A stretch of DNA of 45,780 nt. Source: Armatimonadota bacterium (GTDB lineage Bacteria; Armatimonadota; Zipacnadia; Zipacnadales; UBA5352). Both the position numbers and the translations under genes were made by a program. The DNA is taken from positions 8,427 through 54,206 of the forward strand of contig JAYENL010000149.1 in NCBI GenBank assembly GCA_034722055.1. Direction: 5' to 3'. The notes under the pieces were generated by a model. The model worked only from the letters and a program-made list of their open reading frames with translations. It ran no database searches and was not told the DNA's origin. This document shows, one piece after another, positions 20,945 to 30,689 of the stretch (its first letter is position 1; every line of letters begins with the position of its first letter).

Positions 20945-21373
20945 GCCCGCGGCGGTCAGCCTCTGTCATCACCCTCCGGCTGGACCCGTCCCGGAGGACA
21001 TGACACGCGACGCAGGCGAGTGGCTGAGAAGATGGGACAGGAGAGCGGGACCTTGTGGATGATGTCTTGGGGAAGGCATTGGGCGACCGTCGCCTGATCC
21101 GCAGGGCCTCGAGAATCCGCCGAAGGTGCTGGTGGGGCACTGACGAAGGCGCTACGCAGGGCGGGCCGCGCAGTCTGCCAGGCGATCGGCTCCCTGCCCG
21201 GGAGGTGTGACACTGCGCTCCAGCCTTCACTCTGCCCGCTACCAGGAGCTTCATGACAGGCCGATGGGGGCTACACTGCGAATGGCATTCTGTCAGGGGG
21301 GGACCCGGACTGCGGAGGGGGCCGTTGGCTGAACTATGGTCACGCCGAAGTCGATGTTGAGGAGAGCTGCAGC

Positions 21374-24300
21374 GTGCAATTGGATCTGACCCTCGCCGGG
21401 CTCGTGGTGGGGCTCATGGCGATCTCGACGTGCGCCGCATTCGGACAGCAGGACGCCCCAGCACCGAATATCGTCGCGAACGGATCGTTCGAGGAGGCCG
21501 GAGAGGGAGGCGTTGCCCGAGCCTGGAGCATTGAGGGCGTCGCCCGGACGAGCGTGACCGATGCCGAGGCCCACGAGGGCGAGCGCAGCCAGTTGCTGGT
21601 GCTGGATGCCGGGCAGCATGCCTCGCTGCAGCAGACCGTTGAGGTGAAGCCTCATACGACCTACCTCTTCAGTGCGTGGGTTCACGCCAGCGGGCGGGTC
21701 GTGGCACGGGCGGGCGGGCTGGCGATGAGCTACCACCGCCAGGGCCAGTGGCAGAAGCTGGTGGGCGTGGTGCGCAGCGATGACAGCGGCACCATCGATG
21801 TCAGCTTCGCATGCCGGCCGCTGGACGCTACGCCCGCGCGGGCCTGGATCGACGACGTCGCGCTGCACGAGGCTGGCGCGCCTGAGGCGCCCCAACGCGA
21901 GGCGCTCTACGCCCAGACGCGGCTCGTGGAGGATGGCACCGCAGCGGCCACCATCATCTACCCCTCGGGCAGCGAGCACTATCGGGCTCTGGCGCAGCGG
22001 GCCGCCGCGGCGGTGCAGCGGGCCACCGGCGTGCCGCTGCCCGTGGTCGCGGACACGGACGCCACGCAGCAAGGCCCTCCGGTTCTGCGGGATGAGCTGC
22101 GCGGGCGGAACTTGGTGCTGCTGGGGCGACTGGGGATCAACCGCGCCATGTGGCCCGCCTACAACCGCTTCCTCTGCGCCGTGGACGGCTACTACCCCGG
22201 CGGCGACGGCTACGTGGTGCGCACCGCCACCAACGTCTTCCGCAACGGCCGCAACCACATCATCCTCGGCGGGAGCACCGACGCGGGCGCCGAGCGCGCG
22301 GTCGGTCGCTTCCTCGAGCTTCTGCCCGACGTGGACGATGACGGATCGCTGACGCTCCCGTGGCTGCTGGATGTTGACCTGCAGGGCGAGTGCCGAACGG
22401 CGTTCGAGGAGCGCGACGCCCTGTGGCGAGAGAGCCCGGAGGATCCGGCCCTGCCGCCCTTCGAGCCAGGCTACGAGACCGTCCGGCGGTGGTACGAGAA
22501 CGCGATGGGCTGGTACTGGTCCGGGTGGGATGGCTACCGCCAGCGAGCGCTGAAGCATCTCGACCTCGTGCTGGCGGACCGGGCGTATACCCATCACTAC
22601 CTCGTGGAGTTCCTGGTGCGCACGTGGCAGATGATCGGCGACAGCCCGATCATCACCGCCGAGCAGCGGCACGGCCTCGACAGCCTCATCCTGCAGAACT
22701 TCTGGGACTTTCTGCTCGGCTCGGACCTGCGCTGGATGCGCGTCTTCTCGCCGCCCTACGACGATGTCACGATCACGAGCCGCCATCAGATCGCACCGCT
22801 GATGGCCGACATCGCCATGGCGCAGTTTCTCGACAGCCGCCTGCCGCTGGAGGGTGAGATCGGAGACCTGGTCAGGTTCCGCCTCAGCGAGAAGCGGGCC
22901 TTTATGGATCATATGGTGGAGCACCGGTGGGGCCCGAGCGCCCCGGGTGCCATCAACGGGAGCGGCTGCCACGAGGAGATCGTGGCCTCGATGTTCCGCT
23001 ACGCGCTGGAGTACGAGCGCTACGGTTTCTTCGAGAGCGGCAACGCCCGCCGGGCCCTGCACCTGGACATGATCGACCACCGGGGCGGGCGGCTGATGCG
23101 CCCAGTCGATCGCCAGGATACCCACCTGCTGCTGGGGATACTGGCGCATTACCACAACGATGGGCGGTACCTGCGGCTGATGCGCACCCTCCCGCACGAG
23201 GTCCGTCCGACGGGCTACTTCCAGGGGCGCTACGTCAACGAGGTGCATCGCTACGTGCCGGGCGCCGAGCTGACCGGGGAGGCGCCCGACGAGTTGGCGG
23301 GCCTGCGGCTTCCCGAGACCATGCCGCACGTGCTGCGGGACCTCGACCGCCTGGCGCGCGGGAGGTACCGCCGGGCCGAGGTCGATCCGGAGTCGATCCT
23401 CGACTTCATCGCTTTCCGCGGCGGCTTCGACCTCCCGGACGACTATCTGGCGATCAGCGGCCTGGCCATGCACTGCGCGCCTGGTGCCATACTGACGCTG
23501 AGCTCTCACGGAGCCTACTGGCTCCGCCAGGCATCGGACTCCTACTTCGGCCAGAACGGGCTGCACGTGCTGCGCCTCGACCGAATCACGGACGACCCTG
23601 CGCCCTATCCGGCCGCGGCGACGCTCGATTGGCACCATGAGCTGGAGGACGGCGGAGCGGTCTCGCTGACTCTGGAGCCCTTTGGGGGAACGCAGTGGCG
23701 ACGGAGCGTTGTCTGGATCGACCCGGGCCTGTTCATCGTGCGCGACACCGTCTCCCCGCTGGAGAGCGGCGAGTACATGGTAGTCGTCAACTGGCATCCC
23801 AACGGGACGGTCTCCCCCGAGGCGGGCAGCTTCCGCGTCGTCAACGGCTCCAGGCGCATGCGTGTGAGCCCCCTCGGCGACGGTCTCCAGGCGCGAAGCA
23901 GTCATGAGCGCCAGCAATACATGTCTCACATCCGGATCTCACGCTCCGGCGCCCTGGAGGCCGACGAGACCGTTACCATCACGACCGTGCTGCAGGTGAG
24001 TTCGGGTTCGGGCGCAACGGAGTACGTCGCAGCGATGCCCGACACCCAGCAGGTAACGCTGACGCCGGAGACAGGCGGTGCCCAGAGGATGGTCATCTCC
24101 TGGGCGCCGCAAGCTGCCGACGGGCCGCCCATCCGCGTCGAACGTGTCGAAGCGGCCCCAGCGGCGGGCGAGGAGCAGCCGGTGCTGGCGGCTGCAGATC
24201 AAGCCCGTGCCGAGGAGCTTCCGGATCGTACGGCACGCTGGCGGACCGCATGGCAGTACGAGGGCCTGCTGCGGCCTGCGAGAGTCCATCCAGTGAGGCG

Positions 24301-25831
24301 CGTCTCCGAGGAGGTCGTTGACCTGGGGCGGGTGGTTGAGCTCGATGAGATTCGTGTCACCCACCGCCGTGGGAAGTGGTATCCCGCGAAGATGCCCGAA
24401 ACCGTCGAGGTGGCAGTGCCTGATGACGGTGGCGCCATGCCGCCGCCTGACGGCCCCGGCTGGCGCGAGATCGACGTGCCGGTGGTCTCCCGGCCCGGCG
24501 TGCACACCGACAACTACGGCGAGGCCCACCCTGTGCCTGACGACTATCAGGCGCTGGAGCTGGACGGCTTGCCCGCGCGCTGGGTGCGTGCCGCGGAGGT
24601 CGATCTGCTGGCCTTTTACGAGCGCGGTCGCCGCGAGGCCCGACGACCGCTGCATCTGGACGTTGCCGACCTGACGGGCGCCGGCGAGCACGTGATCCTC
24701 GTCAGGCCACCGTCCTGGCCGAAGTTCATACGCTTGCACACGCGCGGCGTGGAAGATGACGCTCTGGCACTGCTGGACCCGTCAGGCGACGAGCGCCTGC
24801 AGTTCGAGCCCGAGCAGGATGTGCAGGCGGTGCGGCTGGTGGACTGGCTTGGGACCGGCCGGCGCCAGCTTCTGGTTGCCACCGTCGATGCGCGTATCCA
24901 CGTGTTCGACGCCGACGGCACGCCTCTGCGCACCATGGACCTCTACGAGATGCACCAGCACTTCAACGAGACGGAAGGGCGGCCCAACACCAGGCATCCA
25001 GCGGGCGGCTTCACCATGCCCTACTCGATGGGCCTGTGGCGGCGAGGGCCTGACGGCGCGGCCAAGATCGTGGTCAGCCGCTACTGTGCATTCAGCTTCC
25101 TCGACGAGCGCGGCGAGTTCGAGGGAGTGCTCCATGCCGGCGGGTACGTGACGCCGGAGCTGCTCCCCGAGGGCCTCGACTTCGACGGCGACGGACGCGA
25201 TGAGCAGGTCTGCCTGTCCAGGGGCACCGTGTGGCGAATCAGCGGCAGCTCGGAGCCCCACGTGGCGGAGCCGGAGGGGGAGCTGTTCTACCCGCAGGTG
25301 TACCGGGCCGAGGCCCTGAGGGAGCCGGCGTGGAGCGCGCATATCGACGGACCGCGGACCTTCGTCTTCGAGCCGGTGAGGGGCGAGGATGCGTCCCGCC
25401 ACGTGCTCGTGGTCCGGCAGAACTACGTGGGGATGTACGACGGTCGCGAGCATCGCTGGACGTTCACCTGGGCGCCGCTGGTGGATATGACCGCCGCCAC
25501 CAGCAGACAGAGCGAGGATGGTCTGATCGAGGTCCTCGCAGTCACCCGCGACGGCGTGTTGTGGACATTCCGCTGGGATGGCGACCCCGAGCAAGGCCCG
25601 GAGCGTGACGCCCGGCCGATAGCCGTGACGGTGACTGCCATGGCGGCGGGGGCCGATGGGGAGTTGCTGCTGGCCACTCCCGAGGGGCTCGTGTTGGAGC
25701 GCGATGGGCGAAGCGGCCGGATCCTCGATGGCGCCTTCACCGACGTCGCCCTGCTCGGCAGGCGTGCCGCCGACGGCATCATCGCGGCGCGGGACGATGG
25801 GCGCATCATCAGGCTGGATCCCGCCGAGTGA
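21374..25831 (+). CDS. Large secreted putative carbohydrate-active protein (CBM4/9-like, GH20/GH67-N-like domain, helical core, C-terminal FG-GAP-like propeller)
   Basis: Signal peptide; NIVANGSFEE...HEGERS..QQTVEVKPHTTYLFSAWV; NLVLLG...YPGGDGYVVRT..IILGGSTDAG; ADLTGAG and DFDGDGRDE calcium-blade-like motifs. Confidence 0.6.
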   Translation: MQLDLTLAGLVVGLMAISTCAAFGQQDAPAPNIVANGSFEEAGEGGVARAWSIEGVARTSVTDAEAHEGERSQLLVLDAGQHASLQQTVEVKPHTTYLFSAWVHASGRVVARAGGLAMSYHRQGQWQKLVGVVRSDDSGTIDVSFACRPLDATPARAWIDDVALHEAGAPEAPQREALYAQTRLVEDGTAAATIIYPSGSEHYRALAQRAAAAVQRATGVPLPVVADTDATQQGPPVLRDELRGRNLVLLGRLGINRAMWPAYNRFLCAVDGYYPGGDGYVVRTATNVFRNGRNHIILGGSTDAGAERAVGRFLELLPDVDDDGSLTLPWLLDVDLQGECRTAFEERDALWRESPEDPALPPFEPGYETVRRWYENAMGWYWSGWDGYRQRALKHLDLVLADRAYTHHYLVEFLVRTWQMIGDSPIITAEQRHGLDSLILQNFWDFLLGSDLRWMRVFSPPYDDVTITSRHQIAPLMADIAMAQFLDSRLPLEGEIGDLVRFRLSEKRAFMDHMVEHRWGPSAPGAINGSGCHEEIVASMFRYALEYERYGFFESGNARRALHLDMIDHRGGRLMRPVDRQDTHLLLGILAHYHNDGRYLRLMRTLPHEVRPTGYFQGRYVNEVHRYVPGAELTGEAPDELAGLRLPETMPHVLRDLDRLARGRYRRAEVDPESILDFIAFRGGFDLPDDYLAISGLAMHCAPGAILTLSSHGAYWLRQASDSYFGQNGLHVLRLDRITDDPAPYPAAATLDWHHELEDGGAVSLTLEPFGGTQWRRSVVWIDPGLFIVRDTVSPLESGEYMVVVNWHPNGTVSPEAGSFRVVNGSRRMRVSPLGDGLQARSSHERQQYMSHIRISRSGALEADETVTITTVLQVSSGSGATEYVAAMPDTQQVTLTPETGGAQRMVISWAPQAADGPPIRVERVEAAPAAGEEQPVLAAADQARAEELPDRTARWRTAWQYEGLLRPARVHPVRRVSEEVVDLGRVVELDEIRVTHRRGKWYPAKMPETVEVAVPDDGGAMPPPDGPGWREIDVPVVSRPGVHTDNYGEAHPVPDDYQALELDGLPARWVRAAEVDLLAFYERGRREARRPLHLDVADLTGAGEHVILVRPPSWPKFIRLHTRGVEDDALALLDPSGDERLQFEPEQDVQAVRLVDWLGTGRRQLLVATVDARIHVFDADGTPLRTMDLYEMHQHFNETEGRPNTRHPAGGFTMPYSMGLWRRGPDGAAKIVVSRYCAFSFLDERGEFEGVLHAGGYVTPELLPEGLDFDGDGRDEQVCLSRGTVWRISGSSEPHVAEPEGELFYPQVYRAEALREPAWSAHIDGPRTFVFEPVRGEDASRHVLVVRQNYVGMYDGREHRWTFTWAPLVDMTAATSRQSEDGLIEVLAVTRDGVLWTFRWDGDPEQGPERDARPIAVTVTAMAAGADGELLLATPEGLVLERDGRSGRILDGAFTDVALLGRRAADGIIAARDDGRIIRLDPAE

Positions 25832-25946
25832 GGCTCAATTCGGATGACCGAGAGCTCCGCTGCTGCAGCCTGACAGATGCCATGCGCCAGTGGACGCGCA
25901 GAACCGGGCATCTGCGCCACGTCAGAGCGCGAAGTCAGCCGGCCGC

Positions 25947-27569
25947 CTACTCAACTACCTCCACGTCGATGTGGAGGCAGGTCAGCGGCGGGGCGTCGTG
26001 GATGTAGAGCAGCCTGCCGGGGCTCACCTCGCGGATGGCGTTGTAGTTGAAGCCCTTATCAGGCGTCACCACCCGATGGTAGCTCCAGGTCCGGCCGCCG
26101 TCGGTGCTGAAGGCAATGCAGCTTCCCGGCCTCCCATAGCTGCAGGCCAGCACCCCGTTGCTCATCAGCACCACGTCCGGGTCCACGCTGCCGAACTCCA
26201 GCACCGTTTGCTCACTCCAGGTCTGGCCGGCGTCCTCCGACCACACCTGCTCCAGCGGATGCATGGTGCCCTGCCGTAGCACCGCGGTCATCTCGGTGTC
26301 GCTGAGGAACTCCACGCCCGGCTCGTGTCGCTCTCCGATGGTGGAGACATACTCCCAGGTCCGCCCCCGATCCGTTGACTGCAGCAGGTAGCCCGCCTGA
26401 GAGTTATACGTGACCGCCAGGAGAGTATCGTCGCCACGCCGGAAAATATCGCGGTCGAAGACGAGGGTGGTCCCGCCTCCTTCCAGCACCTCCTCCGGGG
26501 TGTGCAGGCGGCTCTCATACATGCTGAAGGACTCCGCGCCCGGATCGAAGTGGTAGCTGATCCCCACGTAGCTGCCGTACCGTTGCAGGCGCTCCGTGTC
26601 ATACTTCACCGTCCACCGTGACGCGCCGAAGATGGACCCGTCGGACATGCGGATCATCGGCTGGGGCGCGAAGGTCTTATCCTGCAGGCCCTCGATGGGC
26701 GTCCAGGTCCTGCCCTGGTCGGTGGACGTCAGAATCCCGTAGGGCTCGAAGATGGCGTCCGGGCCCTGGGCCACGCTGAGCATCAGCCGCCCCTCGCCGA
26801 CGTTGTAGAGGTAGGGGCGCGTCATGCGCGGCAGGTCGCCGCGGGGGATCTCCCAGGGCTCGCTCATGGTGATCCGCAGCTCCGTCTCCACCTCGCGCTC
26901 CACATGCGGCCGCACCCCCAACCTCAGGAACTCCCAGCTCGAGTCCCCGAAGTAGGGCTCGCAGGTCGAGCCGAAGGTGACGAACGGCTCCCCGGCCTCG
27001 CTGGGCTGCCAGAAGGCATCGCGGCCCTCGATGACCATCTCGCCATCGACGAGGATGCTCATGTCGTGGCCACTGATCTCCAGGCGGTAGGTATGGAAGT
27101 CGCTGGTGGTGTCCATGAGGTACATGCGGTCGAGGAAGCTCGTCAACCGGCCCGGCACCAGCACCAGGCCCTCCTCCCGGCTGCCGTCGCCCACGCGGAC
27201 GGCCACCGGCCCGCCGGAGTAGATGGGCCGCAGCCGGCGAATGCTCTGAACGCCGGAGACGTCGTTGACCTTGACCCGGGCCTCCACCACGATGTCGGTG
27301 TCCGCCGGCCGCTCGAAGGGCGCCCGGTAGCTGCAGACGCCCTCGTCGGCCTCATCGACGATGCGGAGCGCCCCGTCCTCGATTCTGGTACTTCCCTCCG
27401 CGCCCTGATAGGTCCAGACATCGGCCGACGGCAGCTCGTCCCCCTCGTACTCCAGCAACCACGTCACATCGTCTGCGGCGCCGGCGGAGCCGACGCTGAG
27501 AGCAAGCAGAAGCAGGCACAGCAGCATCGCGATCTCGACTGACGGCAGTGTCATGACTGGATCCCTCAC
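25947..27569 (-). CDS. BNR/Asp-box exo-alpha-sialidase-like protein with N-terminal lectin-like domain
   Basis: Four Asp-boxes (STDQGRTW, STDRGRTW, SEDAGQTW, STDGGRTW); signal peptide; GTGA overlap with the upstream stop. Confidence 0.8.
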   Translation of the reverse strand: MRDPVMTLPSVEIAMLLCLLLLALSVGSAGAADDVTWLLEYEGDELPSADVWTYQGAEGSTRIEDGALRIVDEADEGVCSYRAPFERPADTDIVVEARVKVNDVSGVQSIRRLRPIYSGGPVAVRVGDGSREEGLVLVPGRLTSFLDRMYLMDTTSDFHTYRLEISGHDMSILVDGEMVIEGRDAFWQPSEAGEPFVTFGSTCEPYFGDSSWEFLRLGVRPHVEREVETELRITMSEPWEIPRGDLPRMTRPYLYNVGEGRLMLSVAQGPDAIFEPYGILTSTDQGRTWTPIEGLQDKTFAPQPMIRMSDGSIFGASRWTVKYDTERLQRYGSYVGISYHFDPGAESFSMYESRLHTPEEVLEGGGTTLVFDRDIFRRGDDTLLAVTYNSQAGYLLQSTDRGRTWEYVSTIGERHEPGVEFLSDTEMTAVLRQGTMHPLEQVWSEDAGQTWSEQTVLEFGSVDPDVVLMSNGVLACSYGRPGSCIAFSTDGGRTWSYHRVVTPDKGFNYNAIREVSPGRLLYIHDAPPLTCLHIDVEVVE

Positions 27570-28765
27570 TCGCGCGTTTTTCCCAACTCTTCCCGCGTCC
27601 GTCCGCGCAGGATCTGGAACTTGTAGGCCTCCATCAGCGCCAGGCCCTGGAAGGCAGTCCCCTCCACGGCCCCCATCAGCGCCGGGATGTTCTCGAAGGT
27701 GGCATCCTCGTCAGGAATGCCCCGGAAGCAATACAGGTCCATCCCCAGGTCCCTGATGAAGGCGTACTTGTCGTCGAAGTCGGCCGGGGGGACCTTGAAG
27801 TTGGCCATGGCGTAGACGGCGTCCACCAGGCCCTCCTCGGCCCAGGTCTCGAAGTCCAGGTCGTGGCGGCTCTTGGAGGTAGGCCCCTCGAACCAGTCCA
27901 TCACGATGACATGTACCTGGCGCCAGGGACCCACGGCCTGCCGGATCTGGCGCAGAAGCTGGGTGAAGTACTCCCCCTTCAGCTCGTGCCAGGCGTCTTC
28001 GTCAAACTCCTCGGTGCGGATGTCCACACCGTGGCGACGCCTGTACTCCTCAACGATCGGCTCCTCGTAGCCGAACTGCTCGCCGTCGGGGATCTCCGAG
28101 TAGGCGTCATTGGCATGCGCGTGGGATCGCAGGGAGACAAAGACCCCGTCAACCGGGTAGCGGCAGATCTCCTCCACCATGCGGACCCTGAACTGTCGGG
28201 CCTCGGGGAAGGCATAGCAGGGCACGCCGGTGAGGTAGAGCTCGCCGGTCCGGTCCACCCACTGGTACTCCGGATGCTCCCGCAGCAGCCGCGACATGTG
28301 GCCCATCTCCGGCAGGCCCTCGTCATAGACCGTGATCCAGGCGTAGACCGGCAGGCCGATCTGGTGGCCGAGGGTGCAGGCCTGGTGCAGGGGGTCCCAC
28401 TGGTCGATGAAGTCTGCTGTGGCGTGCGCCGGAGCGCGGGGATCGTCGCGGAAGTTGCGGTCCTCGACCTTGGACCTGTAGACCGCGCTGCCAACGGCGC
28501 TGAGCCTCCACAGAACGTGGGAGATGCCGGCTGCCTTGCACTTCTCAAACAGCGCACGGATGTCCTCGGGGGTGTAGAGCCGGTCCTCGGCCCAGTCGGC
28601 GTAGTAGCACAGGTCGAAGAAGTCCACGCACATGATGGCCTTCTTCATCTCCGGCTCCTCCTGCCCGGCGGCCTCCTGCTGAGCCTCCAGAGGCCACACC
28701 GCCAGGAGGCACGCCATCAGTGCCACGCCCACCGATCTGCTCTTGAAGCGCCGGTCATGTCCCAT
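27566..28765 (-). CDS. Family 10 glycosyl hydrolase-like (GHL10) TIM-barrel protein
   Basis: Signal peptide; YRSKV, WDPLHQAC..GHQIGLPVYAW, LREHPEY, CYAFPEARQ, EEICRYPVDGVF, LDFETWAEEGLVD. Confidence 0.75.
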   Translation of the reverse strand: MGHDRRFKSRSVGVALMACLLAVWPLEAQQEAAGQEEPEMKKAIMCVDFFDLCYYADWAEDRLYTPEDIRALFEKCKAAGISHVLWRLSAVGSAVYRSKVEDRNFRDDPRAPAHATADFIDQWDPLHQACTLGHQIGLPVYAWITVYDEGLPEMGHMSRLLREHPEYQWVDRTGELYLTGVPCYAFPEARQFRVRMVEEICRYPVDGVFVSLRSHAHANDAYSEIPDGEQFGYEEPIVEEYRRRHGVDIRTEEFDEDAWHELKGEYFTQLLRQIRQAVGPWRQVHVIVMDWFEGPTSKSRHDLDFETWAEEGLVDAVYAMANFKVPPADFDDKYAFIRDLGMDLYCFRGIPDEDATFENIPALMGAVEGTAFQGLALMEAYKFQILRGRTREELGKTRE

Positions 28766-28777
28766 CTTCGGCAGGCT

Positions 28778-30589
28778 CTACTCCTCCCCGGCGTCCTCTC
28801 CGGCTGCGCGCTGCATCGTCCAGTTGAAGCCGCTGCGGACCATGGCGACTCGCGCGGCGTAGGGCGCTCGCGGGGCCGCCATCTCGGCCTCCTTCAGGAT
28901 GCCGTTCAGCTCCGCGAGCACGTCCGGGGTGAAGAGGTGCTCCCAGGGATCGGCGGAGAATGACGCCGCCTCCATGCGCTCCTGGAGAGTCTTGAGGCTC
29001 GGATCCGCGTAGCCGTAGATGCCCCCGTGATCGCCGGTGTTCCAGACCTCCTCGGCCCGGGCGTAGAACCTGGCCATGGGCTCGGCGGCGGGGCCGAAGA
29101 AGGTGGTGAAGAACTCGTCGAGCATCGCCTCCAGATCGCGGTCGGGATGCCACAGCAGCTTCCCGGTGACGTAGAAGTCCAGGCCCATCCACCACAGCCG
29201 GTCCTGCCAGTGCTCCTCCAGCCGGCCGTCGCAGAAGATGAGCTCGCCGCTGAAGGGGATGCCGGTCTCCTCAGACCTACGCTTGAGGTCCTTGATGTCC
29301 TCGGAGATCAGGCTTGTGGTGACGGCCGGGACGCCACCCCAGGCAGTCCCCGCCCAACAGTCGAAGTTGTAGTACTCCCAGAAGGCCACGCTCTGTGGCT
29401 GGAGCTCCAGCCAGCCATTGAGCACGCGCTTGAAGCCGTCGTAGCCCTCCTTGTCCCAGAACAACTGGCGATGCTTGAAGATACAGACAGCGACATTGTC
29501 TGGCAGGCTGTCGATCTCCGTTGGGGGGAGCGTGTAGTCGTTGTAGGCCCCGATGATGATCCCGCGCTCGGGGAACTCGTCCGCTATGGCACGCGCCACC
29601 TCCACTGCGGCGGACGCGACCAGGTCGGACTGCAGCCCCATCCATCCGCGTTCGTCATGGATGTGCGGCTGGCAGAGCTCGCAGCGACACGGCCCTGGCG
29701 CCCCGTCATTTTGCATAACCGTGAAGTAGGGATACACATCGGCATCATGCTCCCTGAGCCAACTCCGGGCGTCCTCGATCATCTGCCGGCGCGCGTTGGG
29801 GTGAGAGAAGCATATGTGGTTGATGCGTCGGTCACCGTGCAGGGCGAAGTACTCCGGGTGTGTCTCCTTGTACTTGTCGGGCCACCTGTTGAACGAGTGA
29901 CAGCTCGCCTGGGGGTACTCCGTGGCGCCGCAGCCGAGCTTGCGCATCCATACCGCCGACTCCTCGCCACCCAGCGGCGGCTGGCCCAGTCTCTCGCGGA
30001 AGTAGGGCGCGTCGGCGATGTCCATCCGCGATACCCACAGCGAGGCGGAGCTGGGGATGACCTCGCCCACCTCGCCGGGAAAGTAGAACCGGCAGCCCAG
30101 CTCCTCCAGGAAGCGGTAGACCCCGTAGAGCGAGCCAGCGCTGCCCAGCGAGCGCCACGCCCGGGGGTTGACGCGCGAATCGTCGATGCCCGCGATGACC
30201 AGCGCCTCCGGCAGCGTCACGATGCGAAAGCCGTCCGGCCCCAGGTCATCGAGGCTGACCTGCAACTGATCGGTGTAGCGGCTGGCGCCGACCAGGACCG
30301 GGAGGCGCTCGTCGCCGAGCTGCTCCACCATGGCCGGCGAATCGTCCGAGATCTCCAGCACCTCGAAGGTCCCGCCGGTGATCTGGCCCAGATACGCGGC
30401 CAGCTCCTCGGCGGCGAAGCGCGTCACGTCCGGCGCATCGGCGGCGACGCCCACCACCGCTCGGGCCTCACCGTCCTTCGCGAGCGTCAGCGTCTGTGCA
30501 TGCACTGTAGTCATCCCAACCATCCAGCAGAGTGTAACAGCGAGCGCCGCGCTACGGAGTGTGGTCAGAGACGTCTTGCAGGCAGGCAT
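28778..30589 (-). CDS. DUF4838 domain-containing secreted protein
   Basis: AAEELAAYLGQITG, GSLYGVYRFLEELGCRFYFPG, HPEYFAL, CFSHP, CRCELC, AYNDYTLPP, FFGPAAEPM. ATG 30589 has SD AAGGAGG. Confidence 0.85.
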   Translation of the reverse strand: MPACKTSLTTLRSAALAVTLCWMVGMTTVHAQTLTLAKDGEARAVVGVAADAPDVTRFAAEELAAYLGQITGGTFEVLEISDDSPAMVEQLGDERLPVLVGASRYTDQLQVSLDDLGPDGFRIVTLPEALVIAGIDDSRVNPRAWRSLGSAGSLYGVYRFLEELGCRFYFPGEVGEVIPSSASLWVSRMDIADAPYFRERLGQPPLGGEESAVWMRKLGCGATEYPQASCHSFNRWPDKYKETHPEYFALHGDRRINHICFSHPNARRQMIEDARSWLREHDADVYPYFTVMQNDGAPGPCRCELCQPHIHDERGWMGLQSDLVASAAVEVARAIADEFPERGIIIGAYNDYTLPPTEIDSLPDNVAVCIFKHRQLFWDKEGYDGFKRVLNGWLELQPQSVAFWEYYNFDCWAGTAWGGVPAVTTSLISEDIKDLKRRSEETGIPFSGELIFCDGRLEEHWQDRLWWMGLDFYVTGKLLWHPDRDLEAMLDEFFTTFFGPAAEPMARFYARAEEVWNTGDHGGIYGYADPSLKTLQERMEAASFSADPWEHLFTPDVLAELNGILKEAEMAAPRAPYAARVAMVRSGFNWTMQRAAGEDAGEE

Positions 30590-30689
30590 GATGGCCCTCC
30601 TTGAGCTGATGGCGCTTGGGCCGGCAGCGTCTGCGGCGCCGGAAGTCGCACGGCGCCGCAGACTCTCCACACCGTGAGGGCGTGTGCTG

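Noticed and set aside
21293..23929. 878-aa minus-strand ORF (likewise 17802-19772, 40574-42985, 6033-7595, 29027-30604)
   Set aside because: These overlap well-supported genes on the opposite strand and have shadow-ORF composition.
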